A stretch of DNA of 40,000 nt from an uncultured Clostridia bacterium (GCA_947589215.1 CANQCL010000009.1:13303-53302); one strand, 5' to 3'. Positions 10,205 through 19,410 are shown, numbered from the stretch's first letter. A program made the numbers and translations. Notes: a model not told the origin generated them from the letters alone.

Positions 10205-11122
10205 ATGAACAAATTTAATATATCCCCGAAGCATCGGGGATTTTTTAATACTAAAACCGCCAGAATTTGTGTCGGAATAATTGCTTTCTTGACTTTATTT
10301 TGTATCCCATTTATAATTGTAATAACAGATATAGAGGGGATGGATATGTTACAAAATATAGTTAGGGGTATTATACTGCTAATAGAAATCGTTTTTCTGG
10401 TTATTTTTATTCTGCCGTTTTATAAGCACATAAGCAATATCGGGAACGTAGTCGGGTTAGGCATAACGATTTGCTTGATTTTTATAACTTTGTTCTGGAG
10501 TTACGTTGTAAGGCTTATAAGCAAGCTATGGCATTGCTTGGGCGGACGTATTCTTCTAATCATTATTGCGGCTTTGATTTTAGTATCGGTTATTTGGTGC
10601 ATTTATATTTCAATCAGAATGGTCTATGCTTATAAAAACTATCCCGATAAGGAAACGACCGTTGTCGTTCTTGGGTGCAAGGTAAACAAAGACCACCCCA
10701 GTAAAATGCTCCGTCACAGGCTGGAAGCAGCATATGATTATCTATCAAAAAATAAAGACATTAAGTGCATAGTTTCAGGAGGTCAGGGACCTGACGAGAA
10801 AATGACCGAAGCTGATTGTATGTACAACTATCTTGTTGATTTGGGAATATCGCCCGACAGAATTATTAAAGAAAGCAAAGCGACAAGCACATATGAAAAT
10901 ATAAAGTTCTCATACGAAATAATAGGGCAAATGAATCTACCGAAAGACATTACTATAGTCACAGACGGTTTTCACGAATATCGAGCGTCAATAATTGCAA
11001 AAAAACAAGGCATAAATTCGTATTCGGTTTATGCAAAAACGACAAAGATAGATTTACCCTATTACTGGCTCAGAGAATGGATGGGGCTTTTTCAGGAGAT
11101 ATATCTAAAGCAGCAGGGGTAA
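10205..11122 (+). CDS. Membrane protein with C-terminal DUF218 (YdcF/SanA/ElyC-like) domain
   Basis: Four N-terminal hydrophobic segments, then VVVLGCKVNKDHPSKMLRHRLEAA...CIVSGGQGPDE...EADCMYNYLVDLGI...ESKATSTYENIKFS. Confidence 0.85.
   Translation: MNKFNISPKHRGFFNTKTARICVGIIAFLTLFCIPFIIVITDIEGMDMLQNIVRGIILLIEIVFLVIFILPFYKHISNIGNVVGLGITICLIFITLFWSYVVRLISKLWHCLGGRILLIIIAALILVSVIWCIYISIRMVYAYKNYPDKETTVVVLGCKVNKDHPSKMLRHRLEAAYDYLSKNKDIKCIVSGGQGPDEKMTEADCMYNYLVDLGISPDRIIKESKATSTYENIKFSYEIIGQMNLPKDITIVTDGFHEYRASIIAKKQGINSYSVYAKTTKIDLPYYWLREWMGLFQEIYLKQQG
10223..10246 (+). terminator. Intrinsic-terminator-like hairpin TCCCCGA-agca-TCGGGGA-TTTTTT located inside the 10205 ORF
   Basis: Perfect 7-bp GC-rich stem followed by six Ts, 20 nt after the spoIIID stop. 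Confidence 0.7.
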
Positions 11123-11240
11123 CCCCTGCACACAGTGCTGACTTTTTTATGTTTACAAAATTTGTTTATTTTGAGCAACAGCAGGCTTATCAATTGATAA
11201 TTGACAATGAATAATGGATAATTGTCAGAAGAAAGCTAAA

Positions 11241-11268
11241 AGCGTTCGGAAAAATTCCGAACGCTTTT
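11241..11268. terminator. Bidirectional terminator-like palindrome AGCGTTCGGAA/TTCCGAACGCT
   Basis: 11-bp inverted repeat flanked by A and T runs between convergent genes. Confidence 0.75.
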
Positions 11269-11273
11269 GTTAT

Positions 11274-12677
11274 CTACTTCGTCTTTTTATTAACAACCTT
11301 GCTCCACTTTCCAAAATACTTCCTGCCATTTGCAAGTTTATATGCTCTTACCTTTACAAAGTATTTCTTCTTTGGTTTCAGCTTCTTAAGTGTCACTTTA
11401 TTTTTCTTTACTGTAACTGTCTTCTTATTCTTTGTGAATTTATTATTCGTAGCATACTGAACCTCATACCCTGTTGCTCCGCTTACCTTTTTCCACTTTA
11501 CATTCAGCTTCTTTTTCTTTGTGGTCAGTTTAACAGATTTTACTTTGGCGGGTTTGGTTACGCTTACTTTTGTTGTGCTTGGGGTTGTCTTTGACTTGTT
11601 TACTGGACTGACGGTTTGATTTGGTTTGTTTGAGTTATTGTTTGGGGTTTGTGATGGGTTATTACCACCTATTTTTTTATAAGTTGCCTTTTCCCAATCA
11701 ACCCCACTATCTTCAAAATATGTTTTATTCCCGTTTTCATCATATTCGCACTTTATCCAGGTATCATTATCACTATCTAATCCATATGCTGTTTTTACAT
11801 TTCCGTTACTATAGTATGTGTATGTCCATGCAGTTGAATGTGAATAACCGTCACTGGTTTCAAAAAAAGTACAATTTCCCTTTGAATCATAGGTGTGTTT
11901 TTCCCAATAACCGTTACTGTATTCATGATATGTCTCATTCCCATTTGAATCATAGGTGTACTTTTCCCATTCGCCGTAACTGTTTTCAAAGTATGTTTCA
12001 TTTCCATTTGAATCATAGTTATGCTTGTCACCGTTACTATTTTCAAAATATGTACGATTTCCGTTTGAATTATAGGTAGACTTTTCCCAATAGCCTTCAC
12101 TGTCTTCGTAATATGTACGATTTCCATTTGAGTCATAGGTTTCCTTTTCACCATTACTGTTTCCTATATAAATATTTCCGTTATCGTCATACTTGGTCTC
12201 TTCCCAGAAGTTATCACTGTTTTCAAAGTATATCCCGTTCTCATCACATTCATATTTTACCCAAAAGTCATTATTACTATCTATTCCATATGCAGTTTTT
12301 ATTTTTCCATTAACATTGTAAGTATATTCCCATGTTAGTGTATATGAATAACCGCTACTATCTTCATAATAAGTTATATCTTCGTTTGAATTATAAATGC
12401 TTTTTTCCCAATAACCATCTCCATCATTAAAATATGTCTGATTTCCATTTGAGTCATAGGTTTCCTTTTCACCATTACTGTTTTCATAAGATGTTTGATT
12501 ACCTGTAGAATCATATGTAGACTTATACCAATAACCTTCACTGTTTTCATAATATGTACAAACATATCCTTCTACAGGTTCACCAACATTTACAGCCTCA
12601 GCTATTGTAGGTAAAGCTCCTGCCAAACTAACTGTCATTACCAATACTGTCAATAAATTTAAAATTCTTTTTGTCAT
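11274..12677 (-). CDS. Secreted YD-like tandem-repeat protein with C-terminal lysine-rich fibronectin type III-like domain
   Basis: Signal peptide MTKRILNLLTVLVMTVSLAGALPTIAEA; many roughly 20-aa units of the type YFENSNGEWEKYTYDSNGNET; C-terminal KVKSVKLTTKKKKLNVKWKKVSGATGYEVQYATNNKF...YFVKVRAYK. Confidence 0.8.
   Translation of the reverse strand: MTKRILNLLTVLVMTVSLAGALPTIAEAVNVGEPVEGYVCTYYENSEGYWYKSTYDSTGNQTSYENSNGEKETYDSNGNQTYFNDGDGYWEKSIYNSNEDITYYEDSSGYSYTLTWEYTYNVNGKIKTAYGIDSNNDFWVKYECDENGIYFENSDNFWEETKYDDNGNIYIGNSNGEKETYDSNGNRTYYEDSEGYWEKSTYNSNGNRTYFENSNGDKHNYDSNGNETYFENSYGEWEKYTYDSNGNETYHEYSNGYWEKHTYDSKGNCTFFETSDGYSHSTAWTYTYYSNGNVKTAYGLDSDNDTWIKCEYDENGNKTYFEDSGVDWEKATYKKIGGNNPSQTPNNNSNKPNQTVSPVNKSKTTPSTTKVSVTKPAKVKSVKLTTKKKKLNVKWKKVSGATGYEVQYATNNKFTKNKKTVTVKKNKVTLKKLKPKKKYFVKVRAYKLANGRKYFGKWSKVVNKKTK
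11620..12570 (-). repeat. In-frame degenerate coding repeats (unit about 60 bp)
   Basis: Repeated attcatatgt/ttgaatcataggtgta/ttttcccaa blocks on the plus strand, corresponding to YDSNGNxTYxExSxGxWEK units. Confidence 0.75.
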
Positions 12678-12822
12678 TTGTTTTCCTCCATATTGAAAAT
12701 ATTATTTTGTACTTTAGTGTACATCAATATTATAATACACATTTCTAGTTTTGTCAACACATTTTGTGTATAAATAAAAATCCCCGTTTTGTGTATATTA
12801 CAATTAATATGAGGTGATATAT

Positions 12823-13137
12823 ATGAAATTCGGAGAAATCCTAAGAGAGTTAATTGAAGAAAACGACCTAACTCAAAAGCAGGTTGCAAAGGATTTAAAC
12901 ATTGCTCCGTCTACACTGGGAAACTACATTCACAACAGCAGAGAACCTGATTTTCACACAATAAAAATGATAGCAAGCTACTTCAAAGTTTCAATAGATT
13001 ACTTAATGGACTACCGCTCTACACTTGCAGAAAACAAAAGCGAGGACGAGCTTTTAAGAATTTACCGTTTACTTCCTATAACCTATCAAATTTTACTAAT
13101 TGAGCAAGGAAAATTACTTTTACGGTTGTACAAATAA
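12823..13137 (+). CDS. XRE-family helix-turn-helix regulator
   Basis: MKFGEILRELIEENDLTQKQVAKDLNIAPSTLGNYIHNSREPDFHTIKMIASYFKVSIDYLMDYR; gaggtg RBS; the track ORF begins at 12814 with GTG. Confidence 0.88.
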   Translation: MKFGEILRELIEENDLTQKQVAKDLNIAPSTLGNYIHNSREPDFHTIKMIASYFKVSIDYLMDYRSTLAENKSEDELLRIYRLLPITYQILLIEQGKLLLRLYK

Positions 13138-13140
13138 ATA

Positions 13141-13167
13141 TCCCCGAGCAATTCGGGGATTTTTTAT
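13141..13167. terminator. Terminator hairpin TCCCCGA-gcaat-TCGGGGA-TTTTTT
   Basis: Perfect 7-bp stem plus T-run after the XRE gene; same stem as at 10223. Confidence 0.8.
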
Positions 13168-16100
13168 TTAACTTTAATTTTTATCAACTTTTTATTCCAC
13201 TTACCGTATATCTTTACAAGCTTGTTGTTGATATTTTTATACTCAGCATATGCCCTAACTCGTATATAGTAAGTTTTCTTGCTCTTGATTTTACTTCCCT
13301 TGATTGTAAGCCTTTTGTTTGGAGTGAATTTTTTAAATACTATATTTCTTTTCTTAAATTTCTTTGCTTTTGAAACTTGTACCTCGTAACCATTAGCATT
13401 ATTAATCTTCTTCCAGCTTACATTTAACTTTCTTTTCACCTTGCTCTTTACGGTGAGTTTTTTGATTTTTGCATTTTTCATAGCTTTCTTAGCTGCTTTT
13501 TTGTCACTTTTAACAGCGTCAGCACTTCTAGTAGCAGATGTAGAAGACTTGGTTTTAGACGGTGCTGCCGTTGAAGGAGGATACTCTCCCACATGGTCCT
13601 TAATATCCGCCTTAGCTGTTTCAAATGTTTCACCAAAAACCTCAATACAGTCGATAATAAAGTAACCGCTTTTTACTGTAATTTTAATCGTGTGCTGTTC
13701 GTTTGAAAGATTACTAATATTATATAGGCTTTGACGGTACAAAACACTGGAAGTAAGATTTATATTGTTACCCATAGATTTTCCGTCAAGCTCAATATCC
13801 ACTGTGCTTTCAGTTCTGATTCCGCCCACAACAAAGTTGATCCCTGTTCCGTTAAAGGTATACTCAAGAGAAGCGTTTCCCTCGCTTGTCGAAACGCTTG
13901 TTCTGTTATACAGAAAGAACGAATCTCCCACTTTACGCGTCCAGCTACCGCTGTATTTAACTGAGCTGTCAAGCGGGTCAATTCTTTCTGTATATGAAAC
14001 TGCATCCGCTCCTGTAATACTCTCAGAAGCTTTTTCAATTTTCAGGTTATCATATTCAGATAAGTAAAAACTGCCGTACAATCCTGCTCTGCCCAAAAGA
14101 TATGGATTGATTGTATCGGTATAGCCGAATATAGCAGTGTTATTAACATAGAACACTATCTCATTACCCACAGCGCTCACTTTTAAGTTATACCATTTAT
14201 TTGCGTCAAATCCCCTAACTGTACCCTCACTTAAAACCGTATTTGCTTTCATGCATTTGTATTTTCCGCTTTGTGCCAGTGATATCCAATAGCCAGACTT
14301 ATTGATTGCCGCAACGTTACTGCACGTTCCAACAGACCTCAGACCTACCCCGACATAATTATAATCGGATGCCTTCGGCTTGGTATCAAGCTTCACATCA
14401 GCAGAAACGCTGTAGTCTGCCCATTCGGTATCTCCTAAGGTAGTAGTGGGAGATGCTCCGCCTCCCCAGTTGAATGGGTCGTTGCTGCTATTTATCTTTT
14501 GTTTGAGTACCTTTGAACCGTCCGACTTTTTAACGACCTCAAATGCTCCGCCTGCGTCGCAGGTATAGAGCGGCGTTCCGCCTCTTTCTTCTATAAACTC
14601 ATCTGAATAGTTAAAATCATCTGTATACGGAAGTGAAAGATTTGTATCGGTTTCGCTTTTCTGATATGAAGATTTTTCTTCGTCAGCATATCCCTTCTGA
14701 CCTGTCATGGTAGTTAGCGTTACAATAGAATACGGCTCAACGGTATATGTAAAGCCTCCGTTATCAGGAGTTATCGTTTCAGAGTTTTTAAGCCAGTTTG
14801 CATCATAAGCTTGACCTGCGTCGGGACCCTTTGTGACCCAAGCTGTCAAAGGTGAATCAGCTTTACTAAGGTTGCTCACCGAAACATTATAAGTTCTTTC
14901 ATTAGATGTATCGTTTACAAACACCATTGTGTAATCCCCTGTTTCAGGATCAGCTAAAGTTATATAATTGTTGGTTGTGCTTCCTATTCCGTGGCCGTCT
15001 CCGTCAGGCGTTCCGTCACCATAGCAAGCGCCGTCAACATATTTCATATTATCAGTTTGGAATCTTGTAAAATGCTCCATAATGTAAGTTCCAACCTGAA
15101 CCTCATAGTGTCCGCTCCACGGCGTATCAGCCAATATAAGCTGCTTTGGAACATACTGCGCGCCTGTATAATATGCCGCAACCGCAGGCTGGAATTCATA
15201 CATTGTCATTCCGCCGCCCGTCGAACCGCTCTGGGCATACATATTAAGAACACGAACCGCAATTTCAAGAGGTCCGTTTACACCTGTCAAGCCTTTTCCT
15301 TTTGCAACACTGTCAAGCTCTTTTCCAGAAGCATTTGTTGCGTTTACGGCATACTGCGGGTCTATTGTTACCGAAGAACCCTCTGAATACCAAATCTCTT
15401 TGCCGTACTCCTTTTTTAGCTTCAGAGCATTTTCACTGGACCATGTAGAATAGTGAAATCCCAAAACATCGACAGCGTCTCTTAACTCTGCGTCATTCAT
15501 CATCTCGTCAGCAATTTTATAGTGTCCGACCTCATCGGACGCAACTAACTTGATTTGACTGTAATCATACTTCGCTCCGGATTCTTTTGCGGCAGAATCA
15601 AGATGATTTCTTAAATACTTGATCCATTTAACGTCAATATTGCTCGTTTCATTTCTGTCAGGACTTATATAATCAAATTTCAGACCGTACTCATCATAAG
15701 CGGCATCTAACGTATTTTTATACCACTTAAATCTCTTTGCCATATTTTCTTCATTTGTTACACCGTTTGACCCTGTCCATTTAGGTGAGCCCCATCGAAG
15801 CATATCTAAAGAAATATCAGGATTAATTGTTTTTGCGTCTACACACATATGAAACCCTGCTCCCCTGTTTACATTAGCCTCTTCGTTCTCAGCACGCATA
15901 GTAGCAGGTTCTGTTCCTGAGCTTGAATCGCAGTCAGAGCCAAGCTCGATCTTTATATGAGAAAGACCTATACCCGTTTCCTTGTTGAACAAATAGTTCA
16001 TTATCTCCCAATAAGCGTCAGGGTTCTTTTCTTTATAATCCATAAGAAGTCTTGAAGAATTGTTAGCAGAAATCGCTCCAAGTCTAAGTGAATCCTTTGT

Positions 16101-16244
16101 GATTTTGCTGCCGTCAACGCTGATTGAAAAAGCGCTTTCAGCATTAGCCTTTATATTATCTTTAGCCATTGGCATAACCCCCATTATAGAAAAAGTTAAC
16201 ACAATCGATGTAATAACGGCAAATATTCTTGAAGCATTTATCAT
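13164..16244 (-). CDS. Secreted glycoside hydrolase family 59 (galactocerebrosidase-like) protein with lectin-like domain, additional beta-sandwich region and C-terminal FN3-like domain
   Basis: LRLGAISANNSSRLLMDY...LSHIKIELGSDCDSSSGTEPATM...FDYISPDRNE...EIWYSEGSSVTI...PWSGHYEVQVGTYIMEHFTRF follows the GH59 pattern with both catalytic Glu contexts; Laminin-G-like region DDFNYSDEFIEERGG...; FN3-like tail LNVSWKKINNANGYEVQVSKAKKFKK. Confidence 0.85.
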   Translation of the reverse strand: MINASRIFAVITSIVLTFSIMGVMPMAKDNIKANAESAFSISVDGSKITKDSLRLGAISANNSSRLLMDYKEKNPDAYWEIMNYLFNKETGIGLSHIKIELGSDCDSSSGTEPATMRAENEEANVNRGAGFHMCVDAKTINPDISLDMLRWGSPKWTGSNGVTNEENMAKRFKWYKNTLDAAYDEYGLKFDYISPDRNETSNIDVKWIKYLRNHLDSAAKESGAKYDYSQIKLVASDEVGHYKIADEMMNDAELRDAVDVLGFHYSTWSSENALKLKKEYGKEIWYSEGSSVTIDPQYAVNATNASGKELDSVAKGKGLTGVNGPLEIAVRVLNMYAQSGSTGGGMTMYEFQPAVAAYYTGAQYVPKQLILADTPWSGHYEVQVGTYIMEHFTRFQTDNMKYVDGACYGDGTPDGDGHGIGSTTNNYITLADPETGDYTMVFVNDTSNERTYNVSVSNLSKADSPLTAWVTKGPDAGQAYDANWLKNSETITPDNGGFTYTVEPYSIVTLTTMTGQKGYADEEKSSYQKSETDTNLSLPYTDDFNYSDEFIEERGGTPLYTCDAGGAFEVVKKSDGSKVLKQKINSSNDPFNWGGGASPTTTLGDTEWADYSVSADVKLDTKPKASDYNYVGVGLRSVGTCSNVAAINKSGYWISLAQSGKYKCMKANTVLSEGTVRGFDANKWYNLKVSAVGNEIVFYVNNTAIFGYTDTINPYLLGRAGLYGSFYLSEYDNLKIEKASESITGADAVSYTERIDPLDSSVKYSGSWTRKVGDSFFLYNRTSVSTSEGNASLEYTFNGTGINFVVGGIRTESTVDIELDGKSMGNNINLTSSVLYRQSLYNISNLSNEQHTIKITVKSGYFIIDCIEVFGETFETAKADIKDHVGEYPPSTAAPSKTKSSTSATRSADAVKSDKKAAKKAMKNAKIKKLTVKSKVKRKLNVSWKKINNANGYEVQVSKAKKFKKRNIVFKKFTPNKRLTIKGSKIKSKKTYYIRVRAYAEYKNINNKLVKIYGKWNKKLIKIKVK

Positions 16245-16387
16245 TATTATTCCTCCTCGTTATTATTATAAAAAAACCTTTTATCATTAACTTATTTTAA
16301 ATTTATTATACAGTATTTACTTTTACTTGTAAATAACGTTTATATATTCAGTTGAATAAATTTCTTTACTGAGAAAATAATAGAATT

Positions 16388-16771
16388 ATGAATATAAAAA
16401 ACAAGCTTAAAAATTTTAAATACAGTAAGGCATACTACTATGTCGTAGGCGGAATAACAGGAATTGCAAACGGACTTTTCGGTTCCGGCGGAGGAATGTT
16501 AAGCGTTCCGCTTTTAGAAAACACAGGTCTTAAAGCAAAAAAAGCACACGCTTCTTCAATAGCTATTACGCTTCCGCTGTCGATAATAAGCACTGCTATA
16601 TATTCAATCAAAGGACACATTAACTATTCGCTCGCACTCAAATTTGTACCTTTAGGTATTCTGGGAGCTATTGCAGGAAGCTGGCTTTTAAAAAGGATAT
16701 CTAACAAGGTATTGAAAAAAATATTCGGAATTATTCTTATAATTTCGGGAATCAGGATGCTGATGCTATGA
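16388..16771 (+). CDS. TauE/SafE (TSUP) family permease, N-terminal half-like
   Basis: GGITGIANGLFGSGGGMLSVPLL...AHASSIAITLPLS, plus transmembrane segments. Confidence 0.8.
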   Translation: MNIKNKLKNFKYSKAYYYVVGGITGIANGLFGSGGGMLSVPLLENTGLKAKKAHASSIAITLPLSIISTAIYSIKGHINYSLALKFVPLGILGAIAGSWLLKRISNKVLKKIFGIILIISGIRMLML

Positions 16772-17151
16772 GTATTTTTGTAATTGCTGTTGTTTCTTTC
16801 CTCAGCGGATTTATAGCCTCTCTCGGTCTGGGAGGCGGAATGGTGCTTATAATTTACCTTACGATATTTTCAGGTATGGCACAGCTTGAAGCGCAGGGAA
16901 TAAATCTCATTTTCTTTATACCTATTGCCTTGATTTCAATTATACTGCACACAAGGTCAAAGCTAATTATATGGAAAAAAATACTCCCGTCAATAATAAC
17001 AGGAGCAATCTTAGCACTTCTATTTAGTTTTATTGCAAGTATGCTGGGTTCTGAAATTCTATCTAAAATATTCTCAGTTTTCATAATAATAATTGGCATA
17101 AAAGAGCTTATTAAAAAATCTGATAAACAAAATACAGCAGAGCATAAATAA
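16768..17151 (+). CDS. TauE/SafE (TSUP) family permease, second half-like
   Basis: LSGFIASLGLGGGMVLIIYL...EAQGINLIFFIPIAL; start overlaps the previous stop by 4 nt (ATGA). Confidence 0.8.
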   Translation: MSIFVIAVVSFLSGFIASLGLGGGMVLIIYLTIFSGMAQLEAQGINLIFFIPIALISIILHTRSKLIIWKKILPSIITGAILALLFSFIASMLGSEILSKIFSVFIIIIGIKELIKKSDKQNTAEHK

Positions 17152-17174
17152 TCGCTCTGCTATTTATTTTCGCT

Positions 17175-17594
17175 TTATTTTTTCTTTCTTCTAAAATCAA
17201 GATAGCTTTCAAGAATAATAGTCGCCGCTACTTGATCAATTACCTCTTTTCTCTTTTTACCTCTTGTATTAGTCTCGTTAAGAAAATTATGTGCGGAAAC
17301 TGTAGTCGAACGCTCGTCCCACATATTTACCGGAACATCTACAAACTCATTCAAGGCATCGGCAAACCTCCTGCATTTTTCTGCTCTTGGTCCATAGCTT
17401 CCGTTCATATTAAGCGGAAGCCCCACTATTATCTCTCCGACCTCATATTCTCTAGACATATGAGCGACCTTTGTGACAAGCACATTGAAATTGCGTTCCT
17501 CAATAGTTCCTATCGGTGAGGCTAAAAACTCTGTTCTGTCGCAAACAGCAAGACCTGTTCTTGCATCTCCGTAATCGACTGCCATTATTTTCAT
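17175..17594 (-). CDS. yqgF: Putative pre-16S rRNA nuclease / Holliday junction resolvase-like YqgF
   Basis: MAVDYGDARTGLAVCD, VGLPLNMNGSYGPRA, WDERSTTVSA. Confidence 0.93.
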   Translation of the reverse strand: MKIMAVDYGDARTGLAVCDRTEFLASPIGTIEERNFNVLVTKVAHMSREYEVGEIIVGLPLNMNGSYGPRAEKCRRFADALNEFVDVPVNMWDERSTTVSAHNFLNETNTRGKKRKEVIDQVAATIILESYLDFRRKKK

Positions 17595-17611
17595 AAATTC
17601 TTCTCCTATTA

Positions 17612-18352
17612 TTATTTAACTTTTATCCGGCTTAAAGTCTCACCGATTTTCTCATGTATGACCAGATCGGCACTGCTGTCCATATCCGTTTTATCACGGT
17701 TTATCAAAACAAGATATTTGCCTCTGAAATACCTTACCAAAGACGCCGCAGGATAAACCACCAAAGACGTACCTCCTATAATAAGCATATCAGACTTCTC
17801 AATATGTTCTATTGCGCCTATGACAGTGTTGTTGTCAAGACCTTCCTCATACAAAACTACATCAGGCTTAACTCGACCGCCGCATTGATTGCATACGGGA
17901 ATATCCGTGCTGTTTTTCATATAAAGAGCGTCAAAAAACTTATGGCACTGCTCGCAGTAGTTTCTGTGAACCGAGCCGTGAAGCTCGTATACCTTTTGGC
18001 TGCCTGCCGCCTGATGAAGGCCATCTATGTTCTGAGTTATAACGCAGGACAGCTTACCCTTTTCCTCCAGTTCAGCTAATTTTTTATGCGCTTGGTTAGG
18101 CTTTATATCGAGAGCAAGCATTTTTTCCTTGTAAAACTTGAAAAACTCCTTCGGCTTATTTTCATAAAATGTGTGCGAAAGCATTTGCTCAGGAGGATAA
18201 TCGTACTTCTGATTATACAATCCGTCAACGCTTCTGAAATCGGGTATTCCGCTTTCAGTCGACACGCCTGCTCCGCCAAAGAAAACTATTGATTTGCTTT
18301 CATCTATCATCTTTTGCAGAAGTTTTATCTTATCTGAAATAATTTCTTCCAT
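17612..18352 (-). CDS. Sir2-family NAD-dependent protein deacylase
   Basis: FFGGAGVSTESGIPDFRS, TQNIDGLHQAAG, ELHGS, two CxxC pairs (CEQC, CNQC), GGTSLVVYPAA. Confidence 0.93.
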   Translation of the reverse strand: MEEIISDKIKLLQKMIDESKSIVFFGGAGVSTESGIPDFRSVDGLYNQKYDYPPEQMLSHTFYENKPKEFFKFYKEKMLALDIKPNQAHKKLAELEEKGKLSCVITQNIDGLHQAAGSQKVYELHGSVHRNYCEQCHKFFDALYMKNSTDIPVCNQCGGRVKPDVVLYEEGLDNNTVIGAIEHIEKSDMLIIGGTSLVVYPAASLVRYFRGKYLVLINRDKTDMDSSADLVIHEKIGETLSRIKVK

Positions 18353-18396
18353 TATCCTATCTCCTTTACCTAATTACTTTTTATGTATCATAATCA

Positions 18397-19410
18397 TTAT
18401 TTATAACAGTCTGATATCTCCTTTAATCTTTTCTTAGCCGCTTTAACAATTCTCTCAGGACCTAAAACCTTCGCATTAGTACCAAACGTAAATAGCCAGC
18501 CCCAAAAGGTAGGGCTTATCTCAACGTCAACGTTTATACTGAATTTGTCTTTATTTTTCTTGTTGATAAGAACATTGCTCCCAAACCTGTCGATAACAAC
18601 ATTGATAAGCGAATTATCAAACTCTATCTCTACGTTTTCTCTGTCTCCCCCATACATATCGTAGGTAGCCTTTAGACTTTTTACGATCTCGTTTTCGTCA
18701 ACTGTCAGAGAACGTCTTTTGTCCTCGCATAACCTAACGTCTGATATCCTGTCAACTCTGTATCTGCAAAGCTTTTCATGCTTGTTACAGTAGCATATGA
18801 GATAGTACTTATCGTTTTCCCATATAAGCTGATAAGGCGAGACGCTGTAAAGCTCTCCGCCGTGTCTGAACTGCGCCTTTTTGTCTATGCTGTATTCATA
18901 GTATTTAAACTCTATCTGGTAATTTGAAAATATCGCTTCGTGAATTATATTTATATTGTAGTATATTCTCTCATTAAAGGTTTTTGTACGGTTGGCAACA
19001 TACACGTTTCGCCTTAAACCCTTAGCCTTATACTTAGAAGTCAACGTCTGAAGCTTGCCGATAAGCTCATCAGACTTCTTTTTTGTAAGAAAAACCGACG
19101 AAGCCACTGCGTCTGCAAGCACATAAAGCTCCTCGTCCTGAAAGGTTCTTGAACCTACATAGTATGCGTTTGCGTGCCCTCTTTTATCTGCCAGTATATC
19201 AAGACCGCTTTCCTGAAGCGAAGTTATATCATCATAAATAGTCTTTCGTTCAGCCTTTATACCATAAGTCTCAAGCTTTGATATAAGCTCCTTTCCGGTC
19301 AAAGAATGTGTCTCGTCAGTCTCATTAAGCAGAATTTTCTGTAAAATCAAAAGCTTTAACTTCTGTCTCGAATATCCTCCGTTTGATATTAGATTATAAT
19401 TCTTTTCCAT
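18397..19410 (-). CDS. WYL-domain transcriptional regulator
   Basis: N-terminal winged helix (GIKAERKTIYDDITSLQESGLDI) and YQLIWENDKYYLICYCNKHEKLCRYRVDRIS; the track ORF extends to 19437. Confidence 0.88.
   Translation of the reverse strand: MEKNYNLISNGGYSRQKLKLLILQKILLNETDETHSLTGKELISKLETYGIKAERKTIYDDITSLQESGLDILADKRGHANAYYVGSRTFQDEELYVLADAVASSVFLTKKKSDELIGKLQTLTSKYKAKGLRRNVYVANRTKTFNERIYYNINIIHEAIFSNYQIEFKYYEYSIDKKAQFRHGGELYSVSPYQLIWENDKYYLICYCNKHEKLCRYRVDRISDVRLCEDKRRSLTVDENEIVKSLKATYDMYGGDRENVEIEFDNSLINVVIDRFGSNVLINKKNKDKFSINVDVEISPTFWGWLFTFGTNAKVLGPERIVKAAKKRLKEISDCYK

Noticed and set aside
11621-12313. Several open frames (152, 66 and 119 aa) overlapping the YD-like repeat gene, some rich in His/Tyr/Phe
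   Set aside because: They mirror the repeat periodicity of the real minus-strand protein, with no independent RBS or domain.
11620-12570. Regularly spaced short repeats considered as a CRISPR-like array
   Set aside because: Repeats are degenerate, in-frame at about 60 bp and encode protein; there are no invariant repeats with unique spacers and no cas genes.
17612-18352. Sir2 protein considered as a defence-associated sirtuin
   Set aside because: It is a compact canonical class with a CxxC zinc site and metabolic/chromosomal neighbours; no Argonaute, HerA or phage-defence partner.
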